A DNA stretch of 64,000 bases from Octopus vulgaris (GCA_951406725.2 OX597820.1:66030001-66094000), one strand, 5' to 3'. Shown: positions 13,301 through 26,420, counted from the stretch's first letter. Numbers and translations: made by a program. Notes: generated by a model not told the origin, from the sequence alone.

Positions 13301-13628
13301 AATTTTAAAATAGGATAAAATCTTTTAAGAATTTACCAAGTAGTTAGCGTGAAAAACTTCATAAGAGAAAAATTCATCAATTTTTCTCTTAAATATATTT
13401 ATTTATATTAAGGGCATTACTATATATAAATGCCACACGCAAGGAAGAACTCTTAAAGTCAAAATTACCAACATAAATAAACACATCGTATCGAATGCGA
13501 GGGAATGCAACTCTCGAAGCGAGCATCTTAAAAACAGAATACTGCTGCATTTCACATGATTTCATAATTAGTGCAGAAATTCATTTTTTAATCCTAGCGT
13601 GTGGCATTTATATATAGTAATGTCCTCA
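13301..13628 (-). mobile_element. (TA)n-flanked non-coding repeat with inverted end (Penelope-like architecture)
   Basis: 13301-13590 is the reverse complement of 29938-30228; 13411-13445 is inverted at 13592-13626; (TA)n on both sides. Confidence 0.75.
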
Positions 13629-13660
13629 ATATATATATATATATTTTGCGACTCAAAAAT

Positions 13661-13698
13661 TTGAAGATGTTAGCAGGCATGAAACGATCGTAGTGTGA
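13661..13698 (+). ncRNA. degenerate minimal hammerhead-like motif
   Basis: TTGAAGA-tgttagcaggcat-GAAAC-GATC-GTA; palindromic ACGATCGT; helix I decayed; lies in a ~180-bp unit between (TA)n tracts. Confidence 0.45.
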
Positions 13699-13839
13699 TA
13701 TTAATTATATATTTTTTAATAATTTGTTATATATTTAAATAATATAAATTAATCATATGTATTGGCTTAAGTTTTTCATTGTTTGATTTGCATAATAGTG
13801 GTTTTGTCTCTAATTTAATATAATATATATATATATATA

Positions 13840-14412
13840 TAGGGTGAGTCATGAGGATTCGGACACATTTTAAATGTTAGCGTCTTGGATTATATGAATG
13901 ACATTAGAGTACCAAACATATTAATTACATAACTGATATAGAGGCTTTCTGCATATTATTTAAAATTTTAATATTACATCGTGGTGATGGCTAACACCAC
14001 GAAATGCACTTTCACGAGCTCACTTTCTTATATCAAGCATACTACGGCTTAGCATATCAACTGGAAAATGCAGTCGCCTGTCGCATGGAAGTTTGTGACA
14101 GCAGGCAAGGTCACCTTTCGAGAAGATGATGTATGTCGCTTTCCAAAATACTGCCAGGATTTTCTTTGAGTTGCAACAATGGGTCTTTGGCTGATAAAGT
14201 ATGCTTTGACCATGTATGCACTTTCTTTTTAGAAGTTCACGACATTTTGAGGGTTACCGTCACCAATTACCTGTAAAAAATATTCTAATCTTAGATAATA
14301 TACTGAACTCCTTTATTTTGGTTATGAAATAAATATATTTGGTACTCTATGCCATTTGTATTAGCCAAGATTCTAGTATTTAAAATGTGGCTCATCATTA
14401 TGGCCCACCCTG
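13840..14412. mobile_element. Tc1/mariner-type MITE with ~110-bp imperfect TIRs
   Basis: tagggtgagtcat...cacattttaaatg...agagtaccaaacatatt versus aatatatttggtactcta...tttaaaatgtgg...atggcccaccctg; TA flanks. Confidence 0.75.
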
Positions 14413-14436
14413 TATATATAATATTTTATTCTTTCA

Positions 14437-14820
14437 TTCTTTTACTTGCTTCAGGCATTTGACTGCAGGCATGCTGGAGCACTGCCTTAAAGGGGTTTTT
14501 TAGTTGAAGAAATTGACCCAGGACTTATTCTATGTAAGCCTAGTACTTATTCTACCGCTAAGTTACGGGGATGTAAACATACCAACATCAGTTGTCAAGC
14601 GATGGGGGGGGGACAAACAGAGAAACAAAGATACACACACACATAGATACACCTACACATATACATATATATATACGACAAGCTTCTTTCAGTTTCCGTC
14701 TACCAAATCCACTCACAAGGCTTTGGTCGGTCCAAGGCTATAGTAGACACTTGCTCAAGGGACCTCGCAGTGGGACTGAAGCCGGAAACACGTGGTTGGG
14801 AAGCAAGCTTCTTACACACC
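14437..14820 (-). mobile_element. SINE family A
   Basis: Tail and head similarity to 46688-47091. Confidence 0.85.
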
Positions 14821-15890
14821 TTCATATATGGATACGAGGACATACATACGTACGTACATACGTACGTACATACATACATACATACATACATACATACATA
14901 CATACATACATACATACATACATACATACATACATAAAACAAAACATACAAATCTGCACATGTACTGACTCCAAATATTGTACACATACACGCCAACATG
15001 CACAAATACCATGTTGTTGATGTTAAAATTCCAATAAAAAGAGTTAGATGCAAGTTAGAAAACCGGCTCTTTCTCTATTGGTAAGAACTCTAGAAATAAA
15101 CTGAATAACAGGCAGACATACACACAAATATAGACACCGAAAGACAGGCAGACAGACAGGTGGACAGTCAGACATAGTTACGTTTGAGTGTAAATAGACC
15201 CTTATATATATACTTAGATACATAGATAGACATACAAGCACTAATGTATACAGATAAATAGGCAGATAGGTACGTACATAGAGACACGCACACATACACG
15301 CTATGTGTATATACTTGTGTATACTATTTGTATACTATGTGTATTTTCCTACACCTAGACAACATATTAAAGTGTTCAATAAACATTACATTTTGAATTC
15401 CATTCACTTTAACCCCAATTATACATACCCCAGCCTACACACACATCTCCACACAAATTCCACTCACCTGTCTCCTCGCAACGCTTCCAAGCACCACACT
15501 AAAATTACCTTAACCTAACACCTCACATATCTTCCATATAGCCTAACACCACTTCCTCCCCAGTATTTAAAACGTGTTGTACTTGTTCACCTTGCACTGA
15601 CGAATCTAAATAACTAAAGATTAGCCTCAGATTTACTTCGTCCACTTCATATAATCCCATCTTCATGTCTACAACGATATGTTTAAAGCATTTAAGGCAG
15701 AGCTCGATTTGAGACTTGTTTCTTATGTACGTTTGTAGGAAGAGGGCAGATTTGGAATGTAATATTTTGTAATACAAATATATATTATAATTCATATGAA
15801 TAAAATACAATTTATTATAATATGTCTGATATAAAACTACAATATTATCATACAATATAATATGATATATCGTAATATAGCTTAATAAAA

Positions 15891-16080
15891 AGGCAGCGAG
15901 CTGATAGAGACGTCTGCACGCTTGGCAGCTGTTCGTCTGTAAATTAAAATACCACCGAGATTGTCTTTGCTTTTGGTCCGTTCAATATCAATAAAATAAA
16001 TAGCAGTTGAATACTGGGGTCGATGTAATCGACTAGTCCTCTTATAAGGAAATACGGGCCTTGTGCCAGAATTTTAAATC
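15891..16080 (+). mobile_element. SINE family B, decayed
   Basis: aggcagcgagctg...tactggggtcgatgtaatcgact...gggccttgtgcc. Confidence 0.65.
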
Positions 16081-16230
16081 AATATTGTAGCATAATAAAA
16101 GGCTGCGAGCTGACACAAGCTGACACACATATATATATAGTATTAATAAAATATGAGATGAAATGTCGGTTAGACTTTATTGCCGGTGCTTTACGTATCA
16201 TCTACTTATACTATTTTATGTAATTTTTCC

Positions 16231-16276
<46 letters not shown>

Positions 16277-16320
16277 AATTATATATATATATATATATAT
16301 ACAAATATATATATATATAC

Positions 16321-16900
16321 AAATTGAGATAGGGGTTGTAAATGCAACCCTCCATGGGATAATATATATCCAATATACTGCTAGTGAAGTACCCAACAAA
16401 GTTAATACATAAATGTTAATGATTGCGATGCAATTAATTCATTTACTGTATTATATGGGCAAAGGAAAATGATTTACCACAAATTACTAATACAAGATAA
16501 GAAAATGGAGAAATACATCTAAATCAAATATCAATTACCAGATAATACTCAATCACATACTTTATTAAACCACCACATAAGAGACTGTAGGGTTAGCTAT
16601 AAAAAGCTTAACAACTCAGTGTACATAAAGGATGTACATAAAAAAGTGTACATAAAAAAGTAATATTGTATAATAAGTAGAATATATATAAAAAAGAGAA
16701 TATAAATATAAGAAAATATAAAAATATAGGTATAGATTATATCTTACAGCTGTTTCGGCTATGTAGATATGTATGTCCCATTTTACAAATATTAGCTCTT
16801 TATGGTAGGTCAATATACAGATATAAATGAGACATTTACAAAATTATCATAAGGCCTCTTCGGAGATTATGTAATATAAAACGGTCTACATATATACCCA
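16321..16900 (-). mobile_element. hammerhead-bearing (TA)n-adjacent element, same family as 38735-39277
   Basis: 3' region aligns with 39080-39275 (ctccattttcttat, gggta....actagcagtatattggata.atattatccc); ends at (TA)n 16233-16320. Confidence 0.75.
16741..16867 (-). ncRNA. type I hammerhead motif with CCGAAGA core and long helix II
   Basis: Reverse complement atct-CCGAAGA-ggc...gcc-GAAAC-AGCT-GTA-agat; helix II extension tgtctcattt/aaatgggaca. Confidence 0.75.
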
Positions 16901-17290
16901 CATGGGTGTGGGTGCATACCCATAATACAACATATACATATACATATGAGTGCATATACTCACACTCCTATACATATAAAAATATACATATACATAATGA
17001 TATAAGTAAATAATATAAATTAGTAAACATATAGATGTTCAACATCCAATGTCTCAGTTTTTCGACTTAATATTGTGATAATAAACATACACAAATAAGT
17101 ACCTAGATGCAAATATACATAGTCAATGATACATTATATTGCTTCATACTAATTTCCAAAGTGTCATTAAAGTTAGCATCATTATCGTTGTCAATACCAT
17201 TAAAAATTAAGATATTTTACAACAGTATATACGCATACTAAACCATCAATATACATATAAACATCAAAACACAGATGGACATACACAGAC

Positions 17291-17353
17291 CATATTACTC
17301 TACCTCTGGTATTTGAGTACTCTTCTTTACGCCTTGTTTCACATTTATGTGCT

Positions 17354-17357
<4 letters not shown>
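17291..17357 (+). mobile_element. 3' end of the small HHR family seen at 45979-46140 and 56016-56147
   Basis: catattactctacctctgg...gccttgtttcacatttatgtgcttact runs directly into (TA)n. Confidence 0.75.
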
Positions 17358-17395
<38 letters not shown>

Positions 17396-17463
17396 TATAT
17401 ATATATATATATATACTTACGCAATTATATATACATGTATATGTATATGTGTGTGTGCGTGTA

Positions 17464-17910
17464 TTCTTTTATTCTTTTATATCTTTCAGTCATTTTACTG
17501 TGGCCATGCAGTAGCACCGCCTTTAACCGAACAAATCAACCCCAGGATTTATTCTTTGTAAGCCTAGTACTGAAATTATCGGGCTCTTTTGCCTAGTACT
17601 CAATCTATCGGGTACTTTTGTCGAACCGCTATTTTACGGGGACGTAAACACATCAACATCGGTTGCCAAGCGATAATGGTGGTGGGGACAAACACAGACG
17701 CACAAATACATACATACATACATACATACATACATACTTACATACATACATATATACGACGGGCTTCTTAAGTTTTCGGCCACCAAATCCACCAACAAGG
17801 CTTTGGTCGGCCCGAGGCTATAGCAGGAGACACTTGCCCAAGGTGCCACGCAGTGGGACCGAACACAGTATGATGTGGCTGGTAAGCAAGTTACTTACCA
17901 CACAGCCATC
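17464..17910 (-). mobile_element. SINE family A
   Basis: Head and tail match; small internal duplication of gcctagtact. Confidence 0.85.
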
Positions 17911-17970
17911 CTATCTTATATACATACGTATATGTATATAGTATATATTATAAACACACACACACACTCT

Positions 17971-18025
<55 letters not shown>

Positions 18026-18236
18026 CATACACACATATATAATTATATGCACAGGATACACACACATATACATATATATACACACATGCATGCATGCGTA
18101 CATACATGCATATTTATACTTACATAAATACAAGCGTACATACTTCTATTCATCCGTTCAACCACCCATCCATACACACGTACTTAGATACATACATACA
18201 TACATACATACATACATACATACATACATACATACA

Positions 18237-18267
<31 letters not shown>

Positions 18268-19006
18268 GCAAGCATGCATGCATAGATATATATATTATCT
18301 TTGCACAGAAAAGAAAAACGGCGAATGTGACACCAGGTAATTTTTCAGCCATTTAGACCGGACTAAATGACGCCAATCTAAGTGGTTGATCGCTTGAGAT
18401 AACTTGATGGTTGTTAGATAAGTGGATGACCTGGTGAAGTGACCTGAAAGCGGAAGGTTGACTCAGTGAAACTCACAGATAGTTGCCGGTGAAAGTTGTA
18501 TGAGACCTTCATTAAGCATGTTCCGGGTAAAGCGTGTCATTCGCTGATCTGATTCTGGTCTGCTTGCCTCAAACAAAGGCGCAATTTTGCAGGCACACAT
18601 GTGCAGTTTTAATAATTTTTTAGGGTGTTTTGTATATTTGTTGATACGAGTTCCTTGCTGTTTATTGCCTACTGTTATAATTGTTGAAAGTAGATAAATA
18701 GATAGATTGATTGATAGAGAGAGAGAGAAAGAGAGAGAGAAAGGCAGACAGACAGAGAGACAGACAGACAGATAAAAATGTATGTGTGTATGTGTGTTTG
18801 TCTGTTATTTGTTTCTGTCTTTGAATTTGCAGCCATACTGGGACACCGCTTCAAATGTTTTAGTCGAACTAATAAAAACTAGTGTACGTTATGAGTTTGG
18901 TACTTAATCTAACTACATAGGGGAAATTGATTAAAAGTCCTTCGTGTTCATATAGGTGTATATGTACGTATACTTGTATATGTATATATGCAGACATAGA
19001 CAGATG

Positions 19007-19065
<59 letters not shown>

Positions 19066-19084
19066 GGATGGATGAATGGATTGA

Positions 19085-19155
<71 letters not shown>

Positions 19156-19179
19156 TCATACATATACATACATATATAC

Positions 19180-19210
<31 letters not shown>

Positions 19211-20348
19211 CACATACATACATACATACATACATACATATTTATATGCAAACACACACAAGCATATATATTTACAGAGAGAGAGAAGATGAGAGAGAGA
19301 GAGGTGGGGTTGGCATAGAAATACAGGCAATATTAAGCAAAAGAGAACAGTGTTAGATGCAGAGTACAATTTATATTTTATTTATCTGTTTGATTATATA
19401 GAAAGTGGCTGAATATTCTTTCATTAAATCAACGCAAAGAGTTTTGTTGTGACAAGGCTCTTCAGTTAATGTTTTGTAATGTACCTACTTATGTTCTTTC
19501 TTTAAACATAAAATGAGATAGAACACATTTCCTTCACTGAATTTCATTCTTGAGGCATATTCGCTGCTATGTTTGTGCTATAACTTATGTATGATCGTGA
19601 CTATTTTAACGCTTATGTGTATATATCTCTCCATATCCATGCTTGTTTGAACGGTTTACTGTATGCATGCATAAACCTGTACGTGAGTGTATTTGTTTGA
19701 ACGCTTTAATATTGCGGCTGCATATACAAACACTATGTTAATGTGTCAATATGTGTCTGTTTAGACGTGTACAGATATCCTATTACATACCCATAGGGTA
19801 TGCAAGCTAGCTGTTGCCAATATAGAAAATTCATTGTAGAAGGTTGGTCTCTCTAACATAATTACTTATAAAGCACAGAATGCTATTAGAAGAGGAAAAA
19901 AGAACAGAAAAGAGAAATACTATGAAAAGGAAATGTGTGTTCAATTGGGATTTCATGTTTCCTGAAAAAGGGATGTTTTTATAGTTTCCTTGTATGTAGT
20001 TATTGATTTATTGGAGAGAAAAAAAAAGGGGACCCACTCTAACGCTATTATTAATTAAGGCACAAAATCCTGTTTAGGGAGAAAGAAAGAATATAATCAA
20101 AAGACGAAAGTTTAAAAAAATATATAATTGAAACAAAATGTGTTCCATTGATATTTTATTATATTTATATTCTTATTGGGAATTTTAATTTTTACTTTTA
20201 TTTATTTATATATTTTTTTTCCTTAAGTTTGTACGAAAGCATATGGGGTACGAAAAAATTGATTCTTTGTGTCTGTTGTATAACGAAGAAAGAAATACAA
20301 ACACATACACAACAACGTTAAAAGAGTTGTATATAGAATGAACAAATA

Positions 20349-20576
20349 CAGGCGCAGTCATGGCTGCGTGGTTAGGGGGAGCTCGCTTTGCTGAGCCGAC
20401 GGTTTCGGATTCAGTGCCACTGTGTGCGGCACTTTTCAAAAGGGAAATGTGCTATAATACCGAGCCGACCACCGTCTCGTAAGTGAATTTAGTAGACAGA
20501 AAATATGTCGAGGTCCGTCGTGAATATACATACAGATATATATATACACACATATATCTATATATGTGTGTGTGTG

Positions 20577-20639
<63 letters not shown>

Positions 20640-20841
20640 GAAACAGGTAAAAGATAGATATATATATATATCTTTTACCTGTTTCAGTCATGAGACTGCG
20701 ATCACGCTGAGGTACTGACTTGAATTTTTAGTCGAATGAATCGACCCAGTACTAGCTGTCACGCAGTGAGACTGAACCCGGAGTAATGTGGTTGGGAAGC
20801 AAGCTTCTTACCACACAAGCACTCTTGCGCGTATTATTTAT

Positions 20842-20906
<65 letters not shown>

Positions 20907-20937
20907 TATATATATATGTATATGTATACACACACAC

Positions 20938-20997
<60 letters not shown>

Positions 20998-21160
20998 CTT
21001 TGTGTTTGTGTTCGTCTCTCACCACCGCAAAACAACGATCGTTGATTTCTCTACGTCCCCGTAACATAGCAGTTCGCGAAAAGTGATCGACAGAATAAGT
21101 AACAGACTTTAGAAGACAACAGAATTCTCCAAGGTAGAGCTCCAACTTGGCCGCACTCCA
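20349..21160 (+). mobile_element. SINE family A split at its internal microsatellite by an antisense family A fragment (20672-20830)
   Basis: Head 20349-20520 and tail 20995-21160 on +; minus-strand tail and head pieces in between. Confidence 0.65.
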
Positions 21161-21357
21161 ATGTTTATTTCAGAATTCGCTAAGTAAGAAAAGGATTTAT
21201 CTCCCTTTATAGTAAAAAAAGACAACCAATTCAATGGGTTGGGATGGATTGAGAATGATTACTAATCAGAGTAATACAATTGAAGAACAAACCAGTTAAT
21301 GATGTGTGCGTGTGTGTGTTCGTTTCTGTCAGTCGGAGTGTCATATGTATTTTTATG

Positions 21358-21413
<56 letters not shown>

Positions 21414-21434
21414 TATATATGTATATATATATTT

Positions 21435-21927
21435 TTTTTTGCTTCCCTGATATTGATTAATTAATGATTTTTTAACTAATTCTGAAATTAAATCAGCAGT
21501 TTATATTTGCTGCTGATAAGTTGGCGCGGTGACGGTAGATTTTGAAAATATAGAATATATATTCTCAAGGCGTCGATGCTGTCGCCTCGTGGATATATAT
21601 TTCCCTGGCTTCTTTGCTGACGAGACAGGCCAGTGGCAAATAGATTTAATCTAATTTAATTAAATCGGTTTGCCAAGATGTATGTCGAAACTATGCATAG
21701 TCCAAAGATGATAAGGGTAAATGTTTTTATTTTCCTTTGGTTTCTGAATTACAACTACTTAGCGGTTTGAGTTTAGGTGCTCTTTCTAGTGGGTCGAATG
21801 GCCTATCAAGGCCATTCCTTAATATTGTTAAATGTACACTATATAGTCTGTTGACTATTTTTTCTTTCTCACTGGACCGCTGGTGGCGAAAGAATTTCTC
21901 TTGAATTTTTTGCTTCCCTGATATTGA

Positions 21928-21932
<5 letters not shown>
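21435..21932 (+). mobile_element. retrozyme-like/Penelope-like non-coding element with terminal direct repeat, inserted in (TA)n
   Basis: ttttttgcttccctgatattgattaat at 21435-21461 and 21906-21932 (period 471 nt); (TA)n on both sides; contains intact HHR. Confidence 0.8.
21611..21708 (+). ncRNA. intact type I hammerhead ribozyme
   Basis: Helix I tctttg/caaaga; core CTGACGA 21617-21623; helix II gaca/tgtc plus tggcaaat/gtttgcca and gatttaat/attaaatc; GAAA 21687-21690; palindromic helix III ACTATGCATAGT; GTC triplet, predicted cut after 21702. Confidence 0.9.
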
Positions 21933-21987
<55 letters not shown>

Positions 21988-21991
21988 CTCT

Positions 21992-22390
21992 CTCTTTTTA
22001 CTTGTTTCAGTCATTTGACTGCGGGCCATGCTGGAGCACCGCCTTTAGTCGAGCAAATCGACCCCGGGACTTATTCTTTGTAAGCCCAGTACTTATTCTA
22101 TCGGTCTCTTTTGCCGAACCACTAAGTGACGGGGACGTAAACACACCAGCATCGGTTGTCAAGCAATGCTAGGGGGACAAACACAGACACACAAACACAT
22201 ACACACACATATATATACATATATACGACAGGCTTCTTTTCAGTTTCCGTCTACCAAATCCACTCAAAAGGCATTGGTCGGCCCGGGGTTATAGCAGAAG
22301 ACACTTTCCCAAGGTGCCACGCAGTGGGACTGAACCCTGAACCATGTGGCTGGTTAGCAAGCTACTTACCACACAGCCACTCCTGCGCCT
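21992..22390 (-). mobile_element. SINE family A, full length, young
   Basis: Near-identical to 24371-24788 and 46688-47091. Confidence 0.95.
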
Positions 22391-22408
22391 ATATATATAT
22401 ATATATAC

Positions 22409-22449
<41 letters not shown>

Positions 22450-23395
22450 AGTCTGTGTGTCGATTTGTATTTTTATGTCGATGTGTGTATGTATGTATTT
22501 ATGTATACATATATGTGTGTATATATATATGTGTGTGTGTGTGTGTATATGTGTATATGTGTATGTATGTATATATGTATACATGTATGTGTGTATATGT
22601 GTGAGCGAGTCTGTGTGCCGACTTGTATTTTTATGTCTGTGTGCATGAATATATAGATATATCTATAAATGTATGTATATGTGTGTGTGTATATATATAT
22701 ATATATGTGTGTGTGTGTATGTGCATATGTATTATATATATGTGTGTGTGTGTGTTTGCAGTTGTTAGTGAAAGCAAGTACGTGTTTTTGCATGTGCGTG
22801 AAAGAGTGTTTGAGCGCATGCGTGCGAGTGTATTTAAGGTGTATGCGCGTAGGTGAAAGACGATGTAATGATCATATCTATGTATGTATGTGTATGTTTT
22901 TTCTGTTTTCCACTGTCCCTTTGTGAGAGCGTGACATTGCATATCTTTGTACGTGTGTGTGTGTGTGCATATGTGTGATTGCATGCCTGTGCGAGTGAAG
23001 GAGAATGCAAATGTGTATGTATGTATATTTGCGTGTGTCTGCGGTTATGTATGAATACGTGTTTATCTCTATGTATGCGCGTAAGGGAATGAGAGAAAGC
23101 GTACGTATATGTATGTGCCTCGTGCGTGTTAATTTGTGTATGAATACGTGCGTGTCTGTGTGTTTGTGTGCACCAGTGAGTGTCAGCGTTTGTCAGCATG
23201 CGTGTGCGCTCGCAAATCTGTAAGTGTGTGTGTTCTCGAATACGCGCGTGCAATTATCAATAAACAAATTTATCACTTTCTTTGTATTACACAAATTGAT
23301 ATAAATTAATAGGATTTAATAATTATATCTTCTCATCTCTCCCACACATTCCTACGCCACCATACATTACAAACATACATACTTACATACATGTA

Positions 23396-23428
<33 letters not shown>

Positions 23429-23430
23429 GT

Positions 23431-23465
<35 letters not shown>

Positions 23466-24370
23466 ATGTATGTATGTATGTATGTACGTACGTATGTATG
23501 CATGTATGCATGTATGTATGCGCGTGTATACATATGTTGAAAGGTTTATGTATTTATATGTATATATATATATGTGTGTGTATGTTTGTGTGTGTGTGTG
23601 TATAAAATGTGCTGGTTATATATGTATTTATGTTTATAGTTTTCTCCCTTTCGCGCTCCTGTTCACACACATCCCTAAGAGCTGTATTTTCACCTATATG
23701 AAATCTAATATCAAGTTGAACGCAATTTGATCCTACTTGAGTTATGTGTAGATTATGGATATCAGAAATATCTCCAAATATCTTTATTGTCAGCTATGAA
23801 TTAAATACAAATTGACGTCATCAACAATCAACATCAAGTCAAGTAGTGGCAGAGGTATCCATGTTGTATGAGATCACCCAAAATTATTGTCTGATATTTA
23901 TTATCAAACGAAATAGCTGAGGGTGAAAATTTGTTGGGATAGTTATGTGTATAAAATATTACAATATATTCTATTTGCTTTGCGACATAATAGCTAATTT
24001 AATGTAGCTTAGTTGCATATAGTGGAAATATTATACAATGTGTTGAAGTCTGTATTATGTCTTCAAAAGTTATTTTCTCTTGGTTATTGTCAGAAAGACA
24101 ACAACTAAGGCGGGGTTAGATCTATAGAGCATCATAATAGAGATATCAAGTCTAATTGATGCAGTGGAATGAAAACTGTATTGTGTCTCCTACAATTATT
24201 GTCTATTGTTTAGTGTCGAGACAAATAGTTCTCTCTAAAACACAGTAATATACTCCAGTTGTCTGTGATATAATAGCTACTTCATAATGGAGCGTATATG
24301 CAACATTCGTTAGTGCTGCATGATGTTTGCAAGAGTTATTGTCTCTTGTTTACTGTAAAAATATATAACT

Positions 24371-24788
24371 AGGCGCAGGAGTGGCTGTGTGGTAAGTAGC
24401 TTGCAAACCAACCACATGGTTCCGGGTTCAGTCCCACTGCGTGGCATCTTGGGCAAGTGTCTTCTGCTATAGCCCCGGGCCGACCAATGCCTTGTGAGTG
24501 GATTTGGTAGACGGAAACTGAAAGAATCCTGTCGTATATATGTATATATATATATATATGTGTGTGTGTATGTGTGTCTGTGTTTGTCCCCCTAGCATTG
24601 CTTGACAACCGATGCTGGTGTGTTTACGTCCCCGTCAGTTAGCGGTTCCGCAAAAGAGACCGATAGAATAAGTACTGGGCTTACAAAGAATAAGTCCCGG
24701 GGTCGATTTGCTCGACTAAAAGGCGGTGCTCCAGCAGGACCGCAGTCAAATGACTGAAACAAGTAAAAGAGTAAAAGAGTAAAGAGTA
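24371..24788 (+). mobile_element. SINE family A, full length, young
   Basis: A-box-like TGGCTGTGTGG, B-box-like GGTTCAGTCCC, CORE-like tcttgggcaagtgtctt, (gtaaaaga)n tail. Confidence 0.95.
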
Positions 24789-24865
24789 GCTAAAGTAAAT
24801 TTATTAGCATGTGTTCCACTTGTTATATGACATACGAGAATAGAAGCTTTAATATATAATTTAAT

Positions 24866-24916
24866 GCTCTTGCTGTTGTTGTTGCTGTTGTTGTTGTTGT
24901 CGTCGTTGTTGTTGTT

Positions 24917-24947
<31 letters not shown>

Positions 24948-25018
24948 TTCTTCTTCTTCTTCTTCTACTACTTCTACTACTTCTTCTTGTCGTCGTTGTC
25001 GTTGTTGTTGTTGTTGTT
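24866..25018. repeat. compound (GTT/GCT/CTT/CTA/GTC)n microsatellite
   Basis: Direct trinucleotide runs; source of spurious polyQ/polyT ORFs. Confidence 0.9.
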
Positions 25019-25344
25019 TGAAAACTTGAGAAAGGATGTTGCTCCATGAGAAAGCGCCAGAAAAAGCGAGAGGAATCTGAATGCAATGGAGGAATGAGAA
25101 AAGGAGTCTTAGTTGCTTTTTTCTTTCTCGTTCCGCCTTTTCCCATCCCACCTTGACATTCACCTTCCGCTTGTGTTTTCTCGAAGACCAGCGACCTTTC
25201 TTGGCTTTCAAATAAGCCCAGCCGTGTGTATTCGAGCCTGAAGGATTGCTTGGAGAGACAAAGCATATAATATAAATCTGCCGAATAATTTTTTTCCCCA
25301 ACATAAAACTATTGGTAGCTATCTAAATAATGTGTATATTAAAT

Positions 25345-25461
<117 letters not shown>

Positions 25462-26335
25462 TGGACTGCATTATCTAACCTGACCATTGCTAACTCATGA
25501 TGCTCAGAAAGTGAATTAAGGAAGCTATCATTGCTATTTCAGGCTGATTGAACAACCGGCTAAAGTTTTCCTCGTTGGTTTGTTAATCTTACTGTATATA
25601 TTGACGGTAGATGTAGCGAGATTAACGTTGAATTATGTCACCAGATATTATTATATTTTCATGTTTATTGTCAAAACAAAATGACTGATGTGGAAAAGCA
25701 ATTGGTGGCTTACTTCTATAAAACAACACAACGCTCTCCATTTTCTTAAGAATCACCATAACATAATGTCCTTCATTGCAAATATTGGCCATATCAGGTG
25801 ACAAGTATTTGATATTATTTATTTACTGTACTGTGTCACCTATAATTATTATTCCTTACTACTTGTGAAAACAAATGGCGGAAATAGAAAAACAGAGGCC
25901 ATTGGAGTTTTTATAAAATGCGGTAATATAATAGCATATGTGTGACATATATTTCAAGGGAAAAAGAAACGTCAGAATTTAAGGCTTAAGGGAATGTGGG
26001 TCAGAGATTAACCACTTTATAAGTTTATATAAGAATTCTGGAATGAAATAACAGATATAAATAGTTCATTTTAGCAAAAGCATTACAAAATGGCGATTGA
26101 TTATGTCTATATACGTTTCTTGTTTAAAGCTAAAGTTACGTGTGTTATTATCACAGAAGAGCGCAACGCAGCAATGGTGTCGACAGGAGGATCAGGCCAA
26201 CGGCAGTCGAAAAGAATCATACATATGTGTGTGTGTTTGTGTGTGTGTGAGTGTGTTTACACATAGATATGTATGAATGTATAGATAGATATGTACATAC
26301 ATACATACATACATAGACATCCACAGATGTATGTG

Positions 26336-26420
<85 letters not shown>

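Noticed and set aside
15590-15630. cttgcaCTGACGA with atct/agat stem as a hammerhead (same 13-mer at ~29925)
   Set aside because: No GAAA/NUH half found at a compatible position in either place.
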